A stretch of 64,000 nucleotides of DNA from Isurus oxyrinchus (GCA_026770705.1 JANJGN010000006.1:147250001-147314000); one strand, 5' to 3'. Counted from the stretch's first letter, positions 21,102 through 34,540 are shown. Notes: a model not told the origin generated them from the letters alone. Made by a program: numbers and translations.

Positions 21102-24100
21102 ATGGCAGGGTGATTGGAACCTATGCAAGGAATCAGAGGAAGGGGAATCAAGGACAAAACAAAAGACAGAAAGGGAAATAAGAAAAGTGATAGGCAGAGA
21201 AATCAAGAGCAAAAATCAAACAGGTCCTCAGTGAAAAATAGTAGGAACGGGACAAGTAATGTTAAAAAGATAAGCCTTAAGGCTTTGTGCCTTAACACAA
21301 GGAGCATTTACAATAAAGTGGATGAATTAACTGCGCAAACAGATGTAAACAGGTATGATATAGTCAGGATTACAGAGACATGGCTGCAGGGATGGGAACT
21401 GAATGTCCAGGGGTATTCAGTATTTAGGAAGGACAGACAAAAATGAAAATATGGTGGAGTTGCATTGCTAGTTAAAGAGGAAATTAACACAATAGTGAGG
21501 AAAGATATCAACTCTGAAGATGTGGAGCCTGTATGGGTAGAGCTGAGAAACAGTAAGGGTCAAAAAATGTTAATGGAGGTTGTATATTGGCCCCCAAACT
21601 GTTGTGTTGATGTTAGGAATGGCATTAAACATGAAATTAGAGATGCATGCAATTAAGGAACATCTGTAATTATGGGTGACATTAACATGCATAAAGATTG
21701 GACAAATCAAATTAGTAACAATACATTAGGGGAGGAATTCCTAGACTGTATATGGGATGGTTTTCTGGACCAACACGTTGTGGAACCAAAGAGAGAACAG
21801 GCCATCCTAGACTGGGTATTGTGTAATGAGAAAGGAATAATTGGCAATCTAGTTGTGCGAGGCCCCTTGGGAATGAGCGACCACAATATGATAGAATTCT
21901 TCATCAGGATGGAGTGTGACATAGTTGATTCTGAGACTAGGGTCCTGAATCTTAATAAAGGAAACTACGATGGTATGAGACGCGAGTTGGCTATGATGGA
22001 TTGGGACACGTTACTTAAAGGGATGATGGCGGATAGGCAATGGCAAACATGCAAAAGCGTATGGGTGAACTGCAACAATTCTTTATTCCTGTCTGGTGCA
22101 AAAGTAAAACAGGAAAGCTGGCTAAGCCATGGCTTATTTGGGAAGTTAGAGATAGTATTAGATGCAAGGAAGAGGCATACAAATTGGCCAGAAAAAACAA
22201 CAGACCTGAGGATTTGGAGCACTTTAGAATTCAGCAAAAGAGGACCAAGGGATTGATTAAGAAGAGGAAAATAGAGTACAAGAGTAAGATTACAGAGAAC
22301 ATAAAAACTGACTGGAAAAGTTTCTATAGATATGTAAAGAGAAAAAGATTGGTGAAGATAAATGTAGGTCCCTTACAGTCAGAAACAGGGATATTTATAA
22401 TGGGGCACAAAGAAATGGCTGACCAACTAAATACATACTTTGGTTCTATCTTCACAAAGGAGGACACAAATAACACACCAGAAATGTTGGGGAACAGAGT
22501 TTAGTGAGATGGAGGAACTGAAAGAAATCAGTATTAGTAGGGAAATGGTATTGGAGGAATTGATGGGATTGAAGGCCGACAAATCCCCAGGGCCTGATAA
22601 TCTACATCCCAGAGTACTTAAGAAAGTGGCCCTAGAAATAGTGGATGCATTGGTGGTCATCTTCCAAGATTCTATAGACTCTGGAACAGTTACTACAGAT
22701 TGGAGGATAGCTAATTTAACCCCACTATTTAAAAAGGGAGGTAGAGAGAAAACAGGGAATTATAGACCAGTCAGCCTGACGTCGGTAGTGGGGAAAATTC
22801 TAGAGTCCATTATAAAAGATTTAATAGCTGAGCACTTGGAAAATAGTGGCAGAATCAGACAGAGTCAGCATGGATTTACAAAAGGGAAATCATGCTTGAC
22901 AAATCAACTGGAATTTTTCGAGAATGTAACTAGTAGAGTTGATGAGGGGCAGCCAGTGGGTGTGGTTTATTTGCACTTTCAGAAGGCTTTCGACAAAGTC
23001 CCACATAAGAGGTTGGCGTGTAAAATTAAGCACATGGGATTGGGGGTAGTGTATTGAGATGAGTAGAAAACTGGTTGGCAGACAGGAAACAAAGAATAAA
23101 CCGGTCTTTTTCTGAATGGCAGGCAGCGATTAGTGGGGTACCGCAGGGATCCGTTCTATTCACAATATATATTAATAATTTAGAAGAGGAAACTAAATGT
23201 AATATCTCCAAATTTGCAGATGACACAAAGCTGGGTGGGAGGGTGAGCTGTGAGGAGGATGCAGAGATGCTTCAGTGTGATTTGGACAAGCTGATTGAGT
23301 GGGCAAATGCATGGCAGATGCAATATAATGTGGATAAATGTGAGGTTATCCACTTTGGTAACAAAAACAGGAAGGCAGAATATTATCTGAATGGCTATAA
23401 ATTGAGAGAGGGGAATGTGCAACAAGACCTGGGTGTCCTTGTACACCAATCACTGAAGGTAAGCATGCAGGTGCAGCAGGCGGTAAAGAAGGCAAATGGT
23501 ATGTTGGCCTTCATAGTGAGAGGATTCGAGTACAGGAGCAGGGATGTCTTGCTGCAATTGTACAGGGCCTTGGTGAGACCGCACCTGGAATATTGTGTGC
23601 AGTTTTGGTCTCCTTATCTGAGGAGGGGTGTTCTTGCTTTGAAGGAGTACAGAGAAGGTTTACCAGACTGATTCCTGGGATGGCGGGACTTCTTCTTCTT
23701 ATCGTGTCCACGGACAGTCTATACATGGCCCAGCTAGAACTGGACACATTTTTGCACCTTGTTGTTGATTTCAGCAAGATCTGCAACAGTGCAGGGTTCC
23801 TCTAGCGATAGACATTGCAGGAGATGTTGCATGGTCTGTGGCTCAGTTCCACATTCACAAGTTGTCGGGTTGGTTGTATATCCCCATTTGCTTAGTGACA
23901 CGTTTGAATGACCTACACCAGTCCTAAGTCTATTAAGGCACTTCCAGGTTGCCCAGTTGCAATTAGCTCCTGGGGGAAGGCTTTCATCTGGTAGAATTTC
24001 CATCGCTGGGGGTTGTTCGAGACTGGCGAGCCGGTCTTTCCACAAGGCGATGTGGGTTTCAGATGGGGCTGATTGTAATGGAACAACACTGTTCATGAAG

Positions 24101-25096
24101 CTCTTCCTTGACTTTAGGCAGCTGGGTGTAGGTGTATGACCATGTAGAGGGTGCCTCTCATCTGATGTTTGACGGAGTCGCTCTTTCTTGCTGGCTACCA
24201 TTCTTCATATATCAGGGGGAGCGATATCCGCCAGGATATATAGGCTGTTGGTGTTTGTTGCTTTTAAACAACTTGTGATAAGTCAGCAGCTTGCATTCCG
24301 AACAGCATCCATCTTCTTAGCATGAGTAGGTCTTTCCCATGCAGGGCAGGTGTATTTGGCAGTGGAATAGCAAAGAGCAAGTGTAGTGGTTCGCAATGTT
24401 TTCGAGCTTGCTCCCCATTTTGTGTTAGTGAGCTTATTTTTGCCTTTGTCTTTTCGATGTGGTTCTTGAAGATGAGGCATCTGTCAAGGGTGACTCCTAA
24501 GTAGATAGGGTGCTCGCAATGCGTCAGTGTTGCTCCACACCAGGTTACTTTAAGCTGGCGTTTGACTTCACGGTTTCTGAGGTGGAATGCACAAACTTGC
24601 GTTTTTGATGGGTTTGCGTGAAGGTGGCTTTCTTCATAGTAGAATGGTAGTCCCTCCAAGGCCTCAGAAAGCATTTTCTCCAAAAAGTGTTAAAATCAGT
24701 GCTTTGGGCGGTGACACATAAGTCATGGCGGGACTGACCAATGAGGAGAGATTGAGTAGGTTAGTATTATATTTGTTGGAGCTCAGGTGAATGAGGGGGG
24801 ATCTCATAGAAACCTATAAAATTCTAACAGGACTGTACAGGGTAGATGCAGGAAGGATGTTCCTGATGGTGGGGGAGTCCAGAACCAGGGGTCACAGTCT
24901 GAGAAAACAGGGTAGACCATTTAGGACTGAGATGAGGAGAAATTTCTTCACTCAGAGAGTGGTGAGCCGGTGGAATTCGCTACTACAGAAAGTAGTTGAG
25001 GCCAGAACAGTGTATGTTTTCAAGAAGGAGTTAGATATAGTTCTTGGGGTGAAAGAGATCAAAGGATATGGGGAGAAAGCGGGAGCAGGCTATTGA
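21102..25096 (+). pseudogene. CR1 ORF2: AP endonuclease + reverse transcriptase
   Basis: ITETWL, MGDIN, SDHNMIEF, KSPGPDNLHPRVLK, NYRPVSLTS, FQKAFDKVPH, GVPQGS, FADDTKL, FFTQRVV. Several frameshifts. Confidence 0.92.
23691..24724 (-). mobile_element. Ingi/Vingi-like (I-group) non-LTR 3' fragment
   Basis: ANPSKTQVCAFHL, YLGVTLDR, ALCYSTA, WKCLNRLRTGVG..KWG..CECG.EPQTMQHLLQC. Tail ggacacgataagaagaaga. 11-bp TSD atggcgggact (23680-23690, 24725-24735). Confidence 0.75.
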
Positions 25097-26334
25097 GTTG
25101 GATAATCACCCATGATCATAATGAATGATGGAGCAGACTCAAAGGGCCGAATGGCCTACTCCTGCTCCTATTTTCTATGTATGTTTCTATGTATGTTTCT
25201 TTCTCCTCCCCCTTCATCTGTACAGAGCGATCCTTTCCACAAAGCTCTGCTTCATCTTCCTGCTGTTTTGCAGACCCAAAGGCACTGTAAACCGCAACCC
25301 CCATAAGAGTGATAGCTTTTGTGTGGACACCCACCAATCCTTTGTCCTTTTTGCGAGGATGCACAGCTACTCCTGCCAAATTCAACAACTCTAATGTATG
25401 CATTGCGTGGCGCCTTTCCCATCATGGAACTCCATGTGAGTTGTACTGGGAGCACTGTGCATCCTACTCAGGAAGCCCAGCTTCTGTACTACTGGCTCTG
25501 TGTAGTAGTACTGTGGATCCGATTTTCTAGCCCATAGGCTATTTCAGTGCACTTTAGTTATAAAATTATAAAACGGAGTTGCTCCTTGACAACTGCTGCC
25601 ATTACTGTTGTCGTAGCTTTGAAAGACAATAAATCTGTCTTAAGTATTAGCAACTGCCACCTACCTGAACCCACAGAAGCAAGAATGAGTTGAAGCTGTT
25701 TCCATAGTGATCGACACCAAGTAGTTTACCTCGTCAACTGCTACCTGGACAGCATATTCGCGTAAAATCTATTTATTTGAACCATGCCAGCTTTGAAATG
25801 TAGTTGCAATTTCAAGACAGGCTGCATTAATGAATAACATCTACACAATTGAAAAGACTAAACACGCTGCTTAGAATTAGTCATTCTCACCTTTTGTAAT
25901 GCCTCAAGGGAACATACTGGTTTACTGAATCATTTGTTATTATAGTGAATGCCATTGTAACAGCTGGAACTGAGTTCTTGTTAATGATAGGAATTACATG
26001 TGTTATTAATAAGATGCTGAAATTTGCTTCCAGTGTGGTCATCACAAAATTTGGGAGAGGACCAGATTCTGATTATCATATTAGTGTTGTAAAGAGCAGC
26101 ATTAATTGCTTCATTGGAATTCTCGGATTATATGTGAAGATTCCAGTTTCTGGATTTTAAGCATCTTGAAGGAGGTCATTCCCACCTCAACAACATTAAT
26201 TCCCAATCTTACCTATTCTGTTCAACTTCTGGACATTCAGTAACCCTCTTCACTCTAGTCAAGTACTGAATGAACGTTTCACAGTTCAGGAAGAGTTGTC
26301 TTCCAGGTGAAACATCAAACTGAGGCCTTAGATT

Positions 26335-27510
26335 TTTCTTTTAGTTCATTCATGGGATGTGGGCTTTGCTGGTTGGGCCAGCATTTATTGCCCATCCCTT
26401 GTTGCCCTTGAGAAGGTGGTGGTGAGCTGCCTTCTTGAACTGCTTCAGTCCCTGTGGTGTAGGTACACCCACAGTGCTGTTAGGAAGGGGGTTCCAGGAT
26501 TTTGACCCAGCGACAGCGAAGGAACGGCGATATATTTCCAAGTCAGGATGGTCTGTGACTTCGAGGGGAAATTCCAGGAGGCAGTATTCCCATCTATCTG
26601 CTGCCCTTGTCCTTCTAAATGTTAGTGGATGTGGGTTTAGAAGGTGCTGCCTGAGGAACCTTGGTGAATTCTTGCAGTACATATTGTAGATGGTACAAAC
26701 TGCTGCCACTGTTCGTTGTTGGTGGAGGGAGTGAATGTTTGTGGATAGGGTGCCAATTAATCAGGCTGCTTTGTCCTGGATGGTGTCAAGCTTCTTGAGT
26801 GTTGTGGGAGCTGCACTCATCCAGGCAAGTGGGGTGTATTCCATCACACTCCTGACTTGTGCCTTATAGATGGTGGACAGGCTTTGGGGAGTCAGGAGGT
26901 GAGTTACTCATCACAGGATCCCTAGCCACTGACCTGCTCTTTTAGCCACCGTATTTATATAGCTAGTCCAGTTCAGTTTCTCGTCAATGGTAACCACCAG
27001 GATGTTGGGATGTAGTGGAGGACTCAGTGATGGTAATACCATTCAATGTCAAGGGGCAATGGTTAGATTGTCTTTTGTTGGAGATGGTCATTACCTGGCA
27101 TTTGTGCTGTGCGAATATTACTTGCCTCTTATCAGCCCAAATCTGGATATTGTCCATGTCTTGCTGCATTTGGACATGGACTGCTTCAGTACCTGAATAG
27201 TGCAGAACATTGTGCAATCATCAGCGAACATCCCCACTTCTGACCTTATGATGGAAGGAAGGTCATTGATGAAGCAGCTGAAGATGGTTGGGCTAAGGAC
27301 ACTACCCTGAGGAACTCCTGCAGTGATGTTCTGAGCTGAGATGACTGCCCTCCAACAACCACAACCACCTTCCTTTGTTCTCGGCATGACTCCAACCAGT
27401 GGAGAGTTTTCCCCCTGATTCCCATTGACTCCAGTTCTGATAGTGCTCCTTGAAGCCACACTCGGTCAAAATGCGGCCTTGATGTCAACGGCAGTCACTC
27501 TCACCTCGCC
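26335..27510 (-). mobile_element. LINE-A, 5'-truncated (RT C-half + tail)
   Basis: GVPQGSVLSPTIFSCFINDLP..MFADDC on the minus strand, and the family tail. Confidence 0.9.
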
Positions 27511-27519
27511 TCGGGATAT

Positions 27520-27745
27520 GTATGTAAATTTCCCGTGGCACTATTTTGAAGAAGAGATTTTCCTGGTTTCCGGGCCAATATTTATCCCTCATCTAACTTC
27601 ATTTAAACAGAAAAACATGTTAAAATGATTTAATTGCTGTTTTTTGGACCTTGCTATGCAAAACCTTTCATTGACTGTAAAGCACTTTGGGATATCCTGA
27701 GGTCGCGAAAGGTGCTATTAAAATGGAAGCTCTGCTTCTCTCTTG
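27520..27745 (+). mobile_element. Deu-domain SINE 3' half
   Basis: cccgtggcactattttgaagaagag...ggccaatatttatccctca...tgtaaagcactttgggatatcctgagg. Confidence 0.7.
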
Positions 27746-28259
27746 GAAGATTCCACAATCTATCCATTTCTTTCAATGGACTCCACCTGTCACCTGCCCT
27801 AACTCTGTGCTTTTATGGACTCCTGTGATTACTTGCTCCAGGGGAGAAAACAAAAAAGTGAGGGGAAGCGCATGGGGTCTGGGGGATTTGCTAGTTTATA
27901 CTAAACACATTGGGAAATTCTGCACACAATGACCCCTTAGGCATGATATCAAATCTGAGAATCAATGCATATGAAAGAATGGGCAGAGAGCTGGGAAGAT
28001 CACAAGCAGAGTGGAAGCTGCTGATGAGTTCTTCACACCAAACACAAAAGGAGTGGAACGGCAGAACCCGAGCATTCTAAGATATGTATTGAGTTTAAGG
28101 ATCTAGGTATCTAATATTTGGGTTCTTTGCGTTTAGTATCTCCGTGGTTCTTGGAAAACTTGTGTAAACAATTTAGTCTTTTGTTAGTTTGCTTTGCAGA
28201 ATGTATATGGAACAAGCAGTGTAGTTTAGTGTAGTAATCATCTTCTATTGAAGGAGTTT

Positions 28260-28745
28260 ACATTTCTGTTTTGAATAGATGGACAGCTGTGATCCATAGC
28301 CTGCAAATCCCTGCACCATTTGAGAAAGTCAGGACTCTTCATATAGTCCATGTTTGCAGAAATTGTGTCCAACTGCTTCTGCCCGCACTAAGGGTTTCCT
28401 AGCTTGAGGGGAAGCTGGTTTCACTGCAGGCCATATGGGTGGCTGAATATTGCCTTGACCACAGGTTCCAGAGGTGGTCACCCACAGTCAGGTAACGATC
28501 AGGAGAATAATCGGGGTGACAACCAGGAAGGATATGAAGAGTCAGGTGATGCAGGAATCCACCGGGAGTATGGCGTTCTTAAAACGACATTCAGCAGGTG
28601 ACAACACCACCAAGACCCAATTGCCTGGAACCTGTGTGACACATGGTTGTTCAGCGGGGTGGTGTGGCAGCTGAGTGCAGGAATGCCTTAGCAATTGAGA
28701 GTTCAATAGTCAGTGAGATAGATGAGCAGTTTGTGCTACCATCAA
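28260..28745 (+). pseudogene. Old CR1 ORF1 remnant
   Basis: VHVCRNCVQL...EVVT..., and NALAIESSIV (degenerate IVIGDSIV). Confidence 0.55.
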
Positions 28746-28879
28746 TGCCACCACCTGCAAGTTCCACTCCAAGCCTCACACCAACCTGACTTGGAAATAT
28801 ATTGCTGTTCCTTCACTGACATTGGATCAAAACCCTATAACTCCCAGCCTGACTGCACTGTGGGCGCCCTAATTGGCTG

Positions 28880-30020
28880 CCCCACTCTGTGGAGCTGGCT
28901 GCCGGCCTTGGTCCAAGCACAAGCCTGGGAAAGTCATCCAGAGACTGGAAGATATCAACAAGATTGTGGTTTTTAATATTTGAAGCAGCTCAGAAAATGA
29001 AAACCTGCTCTCAAAATATTTCATCCTCCTATGAAGCATGGATTGCTGCTTTTTCCCCTTTATTTTGCCAATTGAATGTAATTCTAAGTCTTTTTGAAAA
29101 CACGTTGGACCCAAAATTCAGATCAGTAGTGCTGGTAGTTTCAGCACTTCCAGCACAGAAGTTGGTGAGCACCATGTTGTTGAGGGCAATAGCATGGGTA
29201 TTATATGCATGTGCCATAAGCACGCAGAGTGGGTATATTGTGACTTCATTGTTTCTAGCACTGATCTGAGGCCTGATCTGCTATTATTGACCTCACTGAC
29301 TTTATTCGACATGTATAACTAAACATACATTCAGCATGTGCAACTGTGCAAACCGTCCCCTCACCCCCCCAACACGCCCCCCACCTGTGCCCCCAAAATC
29401 AGCACTATTTAAAGATATCCACAATCTAACAAATAGGCTAGTTATTTATTACTTTCTACTGGTTGTTGGATGAGTTTATGGAGGCACTGGGTGTTGGAAG
29501 ATTTCATAAAAGCAGGGAGTGGAGCTGGGAAAGGATTGATTGGTCTTGCAAGGGCTCTTAGCACAGCACTTGCGGCATTGACTGCTGCAACATCTATCTG
29601 TTCCAACTGCATTTAGAGTTCTTGTCTGGAGGGCGTCCTAGTCCCCTGGGAGAAGAGAACCTCTGCCAATATGCCCATCTGGAAACCTTGCGGTTTGCTC
29701 TCTGGCCTAGTGTGCTAATTTCTCCAAGTCTCCCACTCTTTTTAAGCATTTTCAGCTGCAGCCAGAATGCATTGTACCTTTGAGCAATGCAGTCTAGCTT
29801 TAAGTGGCTCTGGCCTTGCATAAAGCTAGGCTGGCGGCTGAAGCTTGCAAACTCTCAGCAGCATGTTCAATACTGTGCTGGACACTGTAATCATTGTCAT
29901 TAGCAAGCAATATGAAGTATCTGTGCTGCCCGCATCATTTTGAATAGGTCCAAGCACAAGCCTGGGAAAGTCCTGGGTGCATCCTGATTCCCCACCCAAT
30001 TTCGAAGACTATCCAATTTA
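28880..30020 (-). mobile_element. Harbinger-like remnant with Myb/SANT fragment
   Basis: 29590-29720 minus EVLFSQGTRTPSRQ..EQI resembles the exon at 4955-5200. Upstream sequence resembles 5380-5450. Confidence 0.45.
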
Positions 30021-30504
30021 GTTCCCTTAGCATGAGACAGACACTGATACTGAAAAGTTCAATAGATTCCCTCTTACATTAGTGAGTTAAATTTTGTATC
30101 CATTTTTTACGAAGTAATTAAATGTTATTTGCTCAGCAAATCAGTGCTATCAGGTGTAAACTGGCTGCTCAAAAATAGTTTAACATGGAGCTGCTGATTT
30201 TACCAGTTAAAGAGCAATTAATGCACGGGGGTAATGGTAAGTCACTAATCTCATCAGCAGACAATTATAAAACTCCCACCCAAAGTTGGAGTGGTTTATG
30301 GTAAAAATTCTTCACAAAGTCTCTCTCAATTTCTTGGCCAGTTTTCTTGATACTGATGCCTCATACTGGTGAATGACTCCACTGGCAGTCCTCTAGTGCC
30401 TCAAACATGTTAAAATGAGTGTAGATCCACAGTTAATCCCAGTCCAGCCTCATCAGATGTCCACACATGCACTTGCCAGTACAGGTACCTATTACGTAGC
30501 ACTA

Positions 30505-31200
30505 CATCGTATTTACAGCACAGAAACAGACCATTTGGCAAAACAGATCCTTTACCCGTGTTCATGCTTGGCATTATTCTTGAGCCTCCTCCCACCTTGT
30601 ACATCCATTCCCATCAACATACCGATCTTTCCTTTTTCTCTTATGTGTTGAACTAGCTTACCCTCAAGTGCATCTATGCTAGTCACCCCAACCACTCGAT
30701 ATGGTAACAAGTTCCACATTCTTACCACTCTTTGCGTGGTGAAGCTTCTTTTGAATTTCCTATTGAATTTATCAATTTATGGCCATTCTTGCCCTCTCCC
30801 CACAAGCAGAAATACCTTCTGCATGTTTACTTATTAAGCTCTTAAAATCTTATTTAAAAAATAAGAGAAAAGATCCCCAGCCTGTTCATTTTTCTCTGAT
30901 GGGTATAACCTCTAAGTTATGTTATCCTCCAAATAAATCTGTTTTACCCTTTCTCTAGTGCCTTTCAATCCTTTTATAACATGGAGACTAGAACCATTCA
31001 CACATCTCCAGTGTAGCTTAGTTAAAATTCTATACACATTGAATACAACTTCTCTGCTTTTTAACTCTATCCCTTGAAGTAAACCTCAAAGTGCTTTGCT
31101 TTTATGTGGCCTTATTAACCTGCATCATTACTTTTAGCGATTTATGTATTTTTTTCCCCTGGTTCTTCTGCCTCTTTACCCTAGTTGGGCATTCTTACTT
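30505..31200 (-). mobile_element. Old CR1 3' fragment
   Basis: Antisense tail acagcacagaaacagaccattt..., and RT C-terminal remnants. Confidence 0.65.
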
Positions 31201-31774
31201 CCCAAACCTTATCTTCCAAAAGCAGGTTTTGGATCAGAGGTTAAGGTTTAAAAACTCTGAAATATATTTTCAACTCATATTGATTGGGTTTCCCAGACTT
31301 TGGGATACCCGGCCTCAAAAGGCACATGGGTCTGGATTTTCACCATGGGAGTGAGGCTGTCTGTCATGGTGAAAATCCAAGAAATGGCCGGAAATTCAAA
31401 GTATCACTCTTGGACCCAGCACTTCCAATTTTCTTTGGTGGGGGTGGAGCAGAGGGTAGGGGGGTGGAAATGGAGTCTGGCTGGGGTTCATGTACGCATG
31501 ATTCGTGGAGGCAGCCGGCCATTTAAATCACCAGCTGCCTCCATTGAAGTGGGATTTTGAAAGAACAGGAATGTGTAATCCAGACTGTGCAGAATAGAAT
31601 AGGTAAGGGGAGGTCTGAATTGTTGGATTCATTTGCATAACCAGGGTACCCCTTTAGAGAGATAGGGTACCTCTTTGTATCAGTCCCAAGACACTTTTAG
31701 GGGAGGTAAGGCACCCTTTGGGATTGTCAAAAGTGAACTTGGTTATGCACATTTTCATGCACAAATTCATTGGA

Positions 31775-32640
31775 ACTTTCAAGCTGTCAAAGAGCTGTCC
31801 AGCTCTCAAGGAACTGTCCAACTGTCAAGGAACTATTAAAGAACTGTCCATGGTAACATAGAAAATAGGAACAGGAGTAGGTAATTTGGCCCATCGAGCC
31901 TGCTCCACCATTCAATATGATCATGGCTAATCCTTTACCTCAATGCCATCCTCCTGCCCTCTCCAAATATCCCTTGATCTCTGTGGTATCCAGTAATCTA
32001 TCTATTTCTTTCTTAAATATATTCAGTGACTTGGCCTCCACAGTCTTCTGTGGTAGAGAATTCCATAGGTTCACCACCCTCCAGCTGTCAAGGAACTGCC
32101 TAACTCTCAAGGAACTGTTAAAAAGCTTTCCAGTTGTCAATCAACTGTGGAAGAGTTGTTTAGCCATCAAGGAACAGTTAAAGAGCTACCTAACTGTCAA
32201 AGAACTGCCCAGCTGTCAAGGAACTGTCTAGCTGTCAAGAAACTAATAAAGAGCAGCCCAGATGTCAATGAACTGATAAAGAGCTGTCCAGCTGTCAAGA
32301 AACTGCCCAGCTATCAAGGAACTAATAAAGAGCTATTCAGCTATCAAGCTACTGTCCAGCTGTCAAGGAACTGATAAAGAGCTGTCCGGCTATCAAGGTA
32401 CCATCTAGCTGTCACGGAGCTGATAAAGAGTTATCCAGCTATCAAGGAACTGTCCAGCTACCATGAAACTGTTAAAAGCTATGCAGCTGTCAAAGAACTG
32501 TTCAGCTGTCAAGGAACTGTTAATGAGCTGTCCAGCTGTCAAGGAAATTTCCAGCTGTCAGGGAACTGTTAAAGAGCTGCCCAGTTGTCAAATACGCCAA
32601 AGCTGTAAAGGAAGTGTCAAAGCTGTCCAGAAAGTATCAA
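31775..32640. repeat. Minisatellite of ~18-bp (agctgtcaaggaactgtcc-like) and ~30-bp (with ttaaagag) units
   Basis: Directly visible tandem degenerate units. Interrupted by a CR1 tail. Confidence 0.9.
31852..32080 (-). mobile_element. CR1 3' tail inserted in minisatellite
   Basis: Minus RVVNLWNSLPQKTVEAKSLNIFKKEIDR followed by the tail. Confidence 0.85.
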
Positions 32641-32644
32641 AACT

Positions 32645-34540
32645 ATTAAACCTCTCTTCTCTAAGTTTGATTAGTTTATCAATTATATCTCTCCTTTCCA
32701 TTCTGAATTTCTTTCTATCTTTTTTGATACCTTCAACTAATGTTAAGCCTACTTTATTAATTTCCCTGGTACATACCAAGGCAAAATAATTATTTAATAG
32801 TTCTGCCATTTTGTCGTAATTCCCTATGGATTTACCATGTGCATTTCCTAGTAACCCTCTCCTTATCATGACTTTCCTTTGTTATTTGTAGTATAGAATT
32901 CTTTTCATATTCTTGATAATTGAAATTGTGATGTCACTTTGCCTTCCTAATTGTATTTTTTTTATTGCCCTCCTCACCTGTTTACATTCATTGTGTCATC
33001 CTGTCCTTTATTGTCTGTATATATGATGTATGCATTTTTCTACAGTCTCAGTTTTCCCCTATTTCCTTATTCATCCATGTTATATCAACAATAGAACGTT
33101 TGATCTTGTTTTTTACTGAAATATGTTTCTCCTGGATTTTATTGGTCACTCATTTGTTTCCAATCCCTGCCCGTCACGCCCCCACCCCCCACACCCAGCA
33201 CTGCTGTTCTACTTTTTTGTTTGCCAATGTATTTGTTCACTTTATTTTCCCTAGTTCCATCCTCATCCTCATAAAATTAGCTCCCCCCACCTGCCAAATT
33301 ATTATTAGGGTCGGGCATGGCTGAGTTGTAGCACTCTTGGAACGCTGGAAAATATGAACAGAAGTAGGACCACTCAACCTCCCAGACATGCTCTGTCAAG
33401 GTGGATCTACAACACAACTCCCTCTACCCACCCTCATTTCATACCCCTTAACACTCTTGCCTAACAGTAGCCTATCTATCTCAATATTGAATTTTTCAAT
33501 TGAAAAGGTCTCAATAACCTTTTGGGGGCGTGGGTTCCAGCTTTACACCAGCCTTTGTTTGTAAATGATTAAAGCAGTTTCTAGCATAGATAGAGAGAAT
33601 CCATTTTATTTGATGGGAGCTCCAAAACAAAAGGATACAAATTTAAAATGAGAGCTCGGCCATTCAGGAATGATTTCAACAAGTGCTTTTTCAAACAAAG
33701 GCTGGTGTAAAGCTGGAACCCACGCCCCCAAAAGGTTATTGAGAGCACTTGTTGAAATCATTCCTGAATGGCCGAGCTCTCATTTTAAATTTGTATCCTT
33801 TTGTTTTGGAGCTCCCATCAGATAAAATGGATTCTCTCTATCTATGCTAGAAACTGCTTTAATCATTTATATTGCCTTTCAATAAAAGCCAACTTACCTT
33901 TTGCCTTTCTAATTGCTTGCTGTTCCTGCGTAGTAACTTTCTGTATTTCTTGTACAAGGAAACCCAGGTCCTGCTGAATACTAACATTTGTTCCCTGTGG
34001 CACACCACTTGTTACATCCTGCCAACCAGAAAAAGATAGATTTATAGCTACCTTCTGCTTGCTGTTAGCCAGCTAACCTTCTATCCATGCCAATACCCCC
34101 TACACCATGAGCTTTTATTTTCCACAATAACCTTTGATGTGGCATCTTATCAAACGCCTTCTGAAAATCTAAGTACAGTACATCCACCCCTTTATCCACG
34201 GCACATGTGACTCCTTCAAAGAACTCCAATATATTGGTTAAACATGATTTCCTTTTCACAAAATCATGTTGGCTCTGCCTGATTACCTTGAATTTTTCTA
34301 AGTGTCCAGTTATAACGTCTTTCATAATAGCTTCTAACATTTTCCCTATGGCAGATGTTAAGCCAACTAACCTGTAGTTTCCTTCTTTCTGGTTCCCTCC
34401 CTTTATGAATAATGGAGCTAAATTTGCTATTTTCCAATCTAATAGGACCTTCCCCGAACACAGGGAGTTTTGTAAAATTAAAACCAATGCATCAACTATC
34501 TCACTAGCTGTTTCTTTCAAGAATCTAGGATGAAGGCCAT
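32645..34540 (-). mobile_element. Several CR1 ORF2 fragments
   Basis: MAELLNNYF (32588-32869); GLHPRFLKETASEIVDAL...YLDFQKAFDKMPH (34065-34586). Confidence 0.8.
33509..33869. repeat. Interleaved inverted duplication A-B-A'-B'
   Basis: A 33509-33561 is the reverse complement of 33692-33744. B 33562-33687 is the reverse complement of 33744-33869 (one mismatch seen). Confidence 0.9.

Larger units (their letters stand above)
20065..25200 (+). mobile_element. Near-full-length CR1 (HER1-like) LINE, decayed
   Basis: ORF1 + ORF2 (APE-RT) and a 3' tail (ttctatgtatgt)n. Interrupted at 23691-24724. Confidence 0.92.

Noticed and set aside
25250-25800. Ancient LINE RT fragment on the minus strand (VDEVNYL...)
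   Set aside because: Too degenerate to assign without a profile search.
31775-32640. CRISPR-like repeat array or repeat protein
   Set aside because: Units are degenerate and contiguous with no unique spacers and no cas genes. The ORFs are by-products of unit length.
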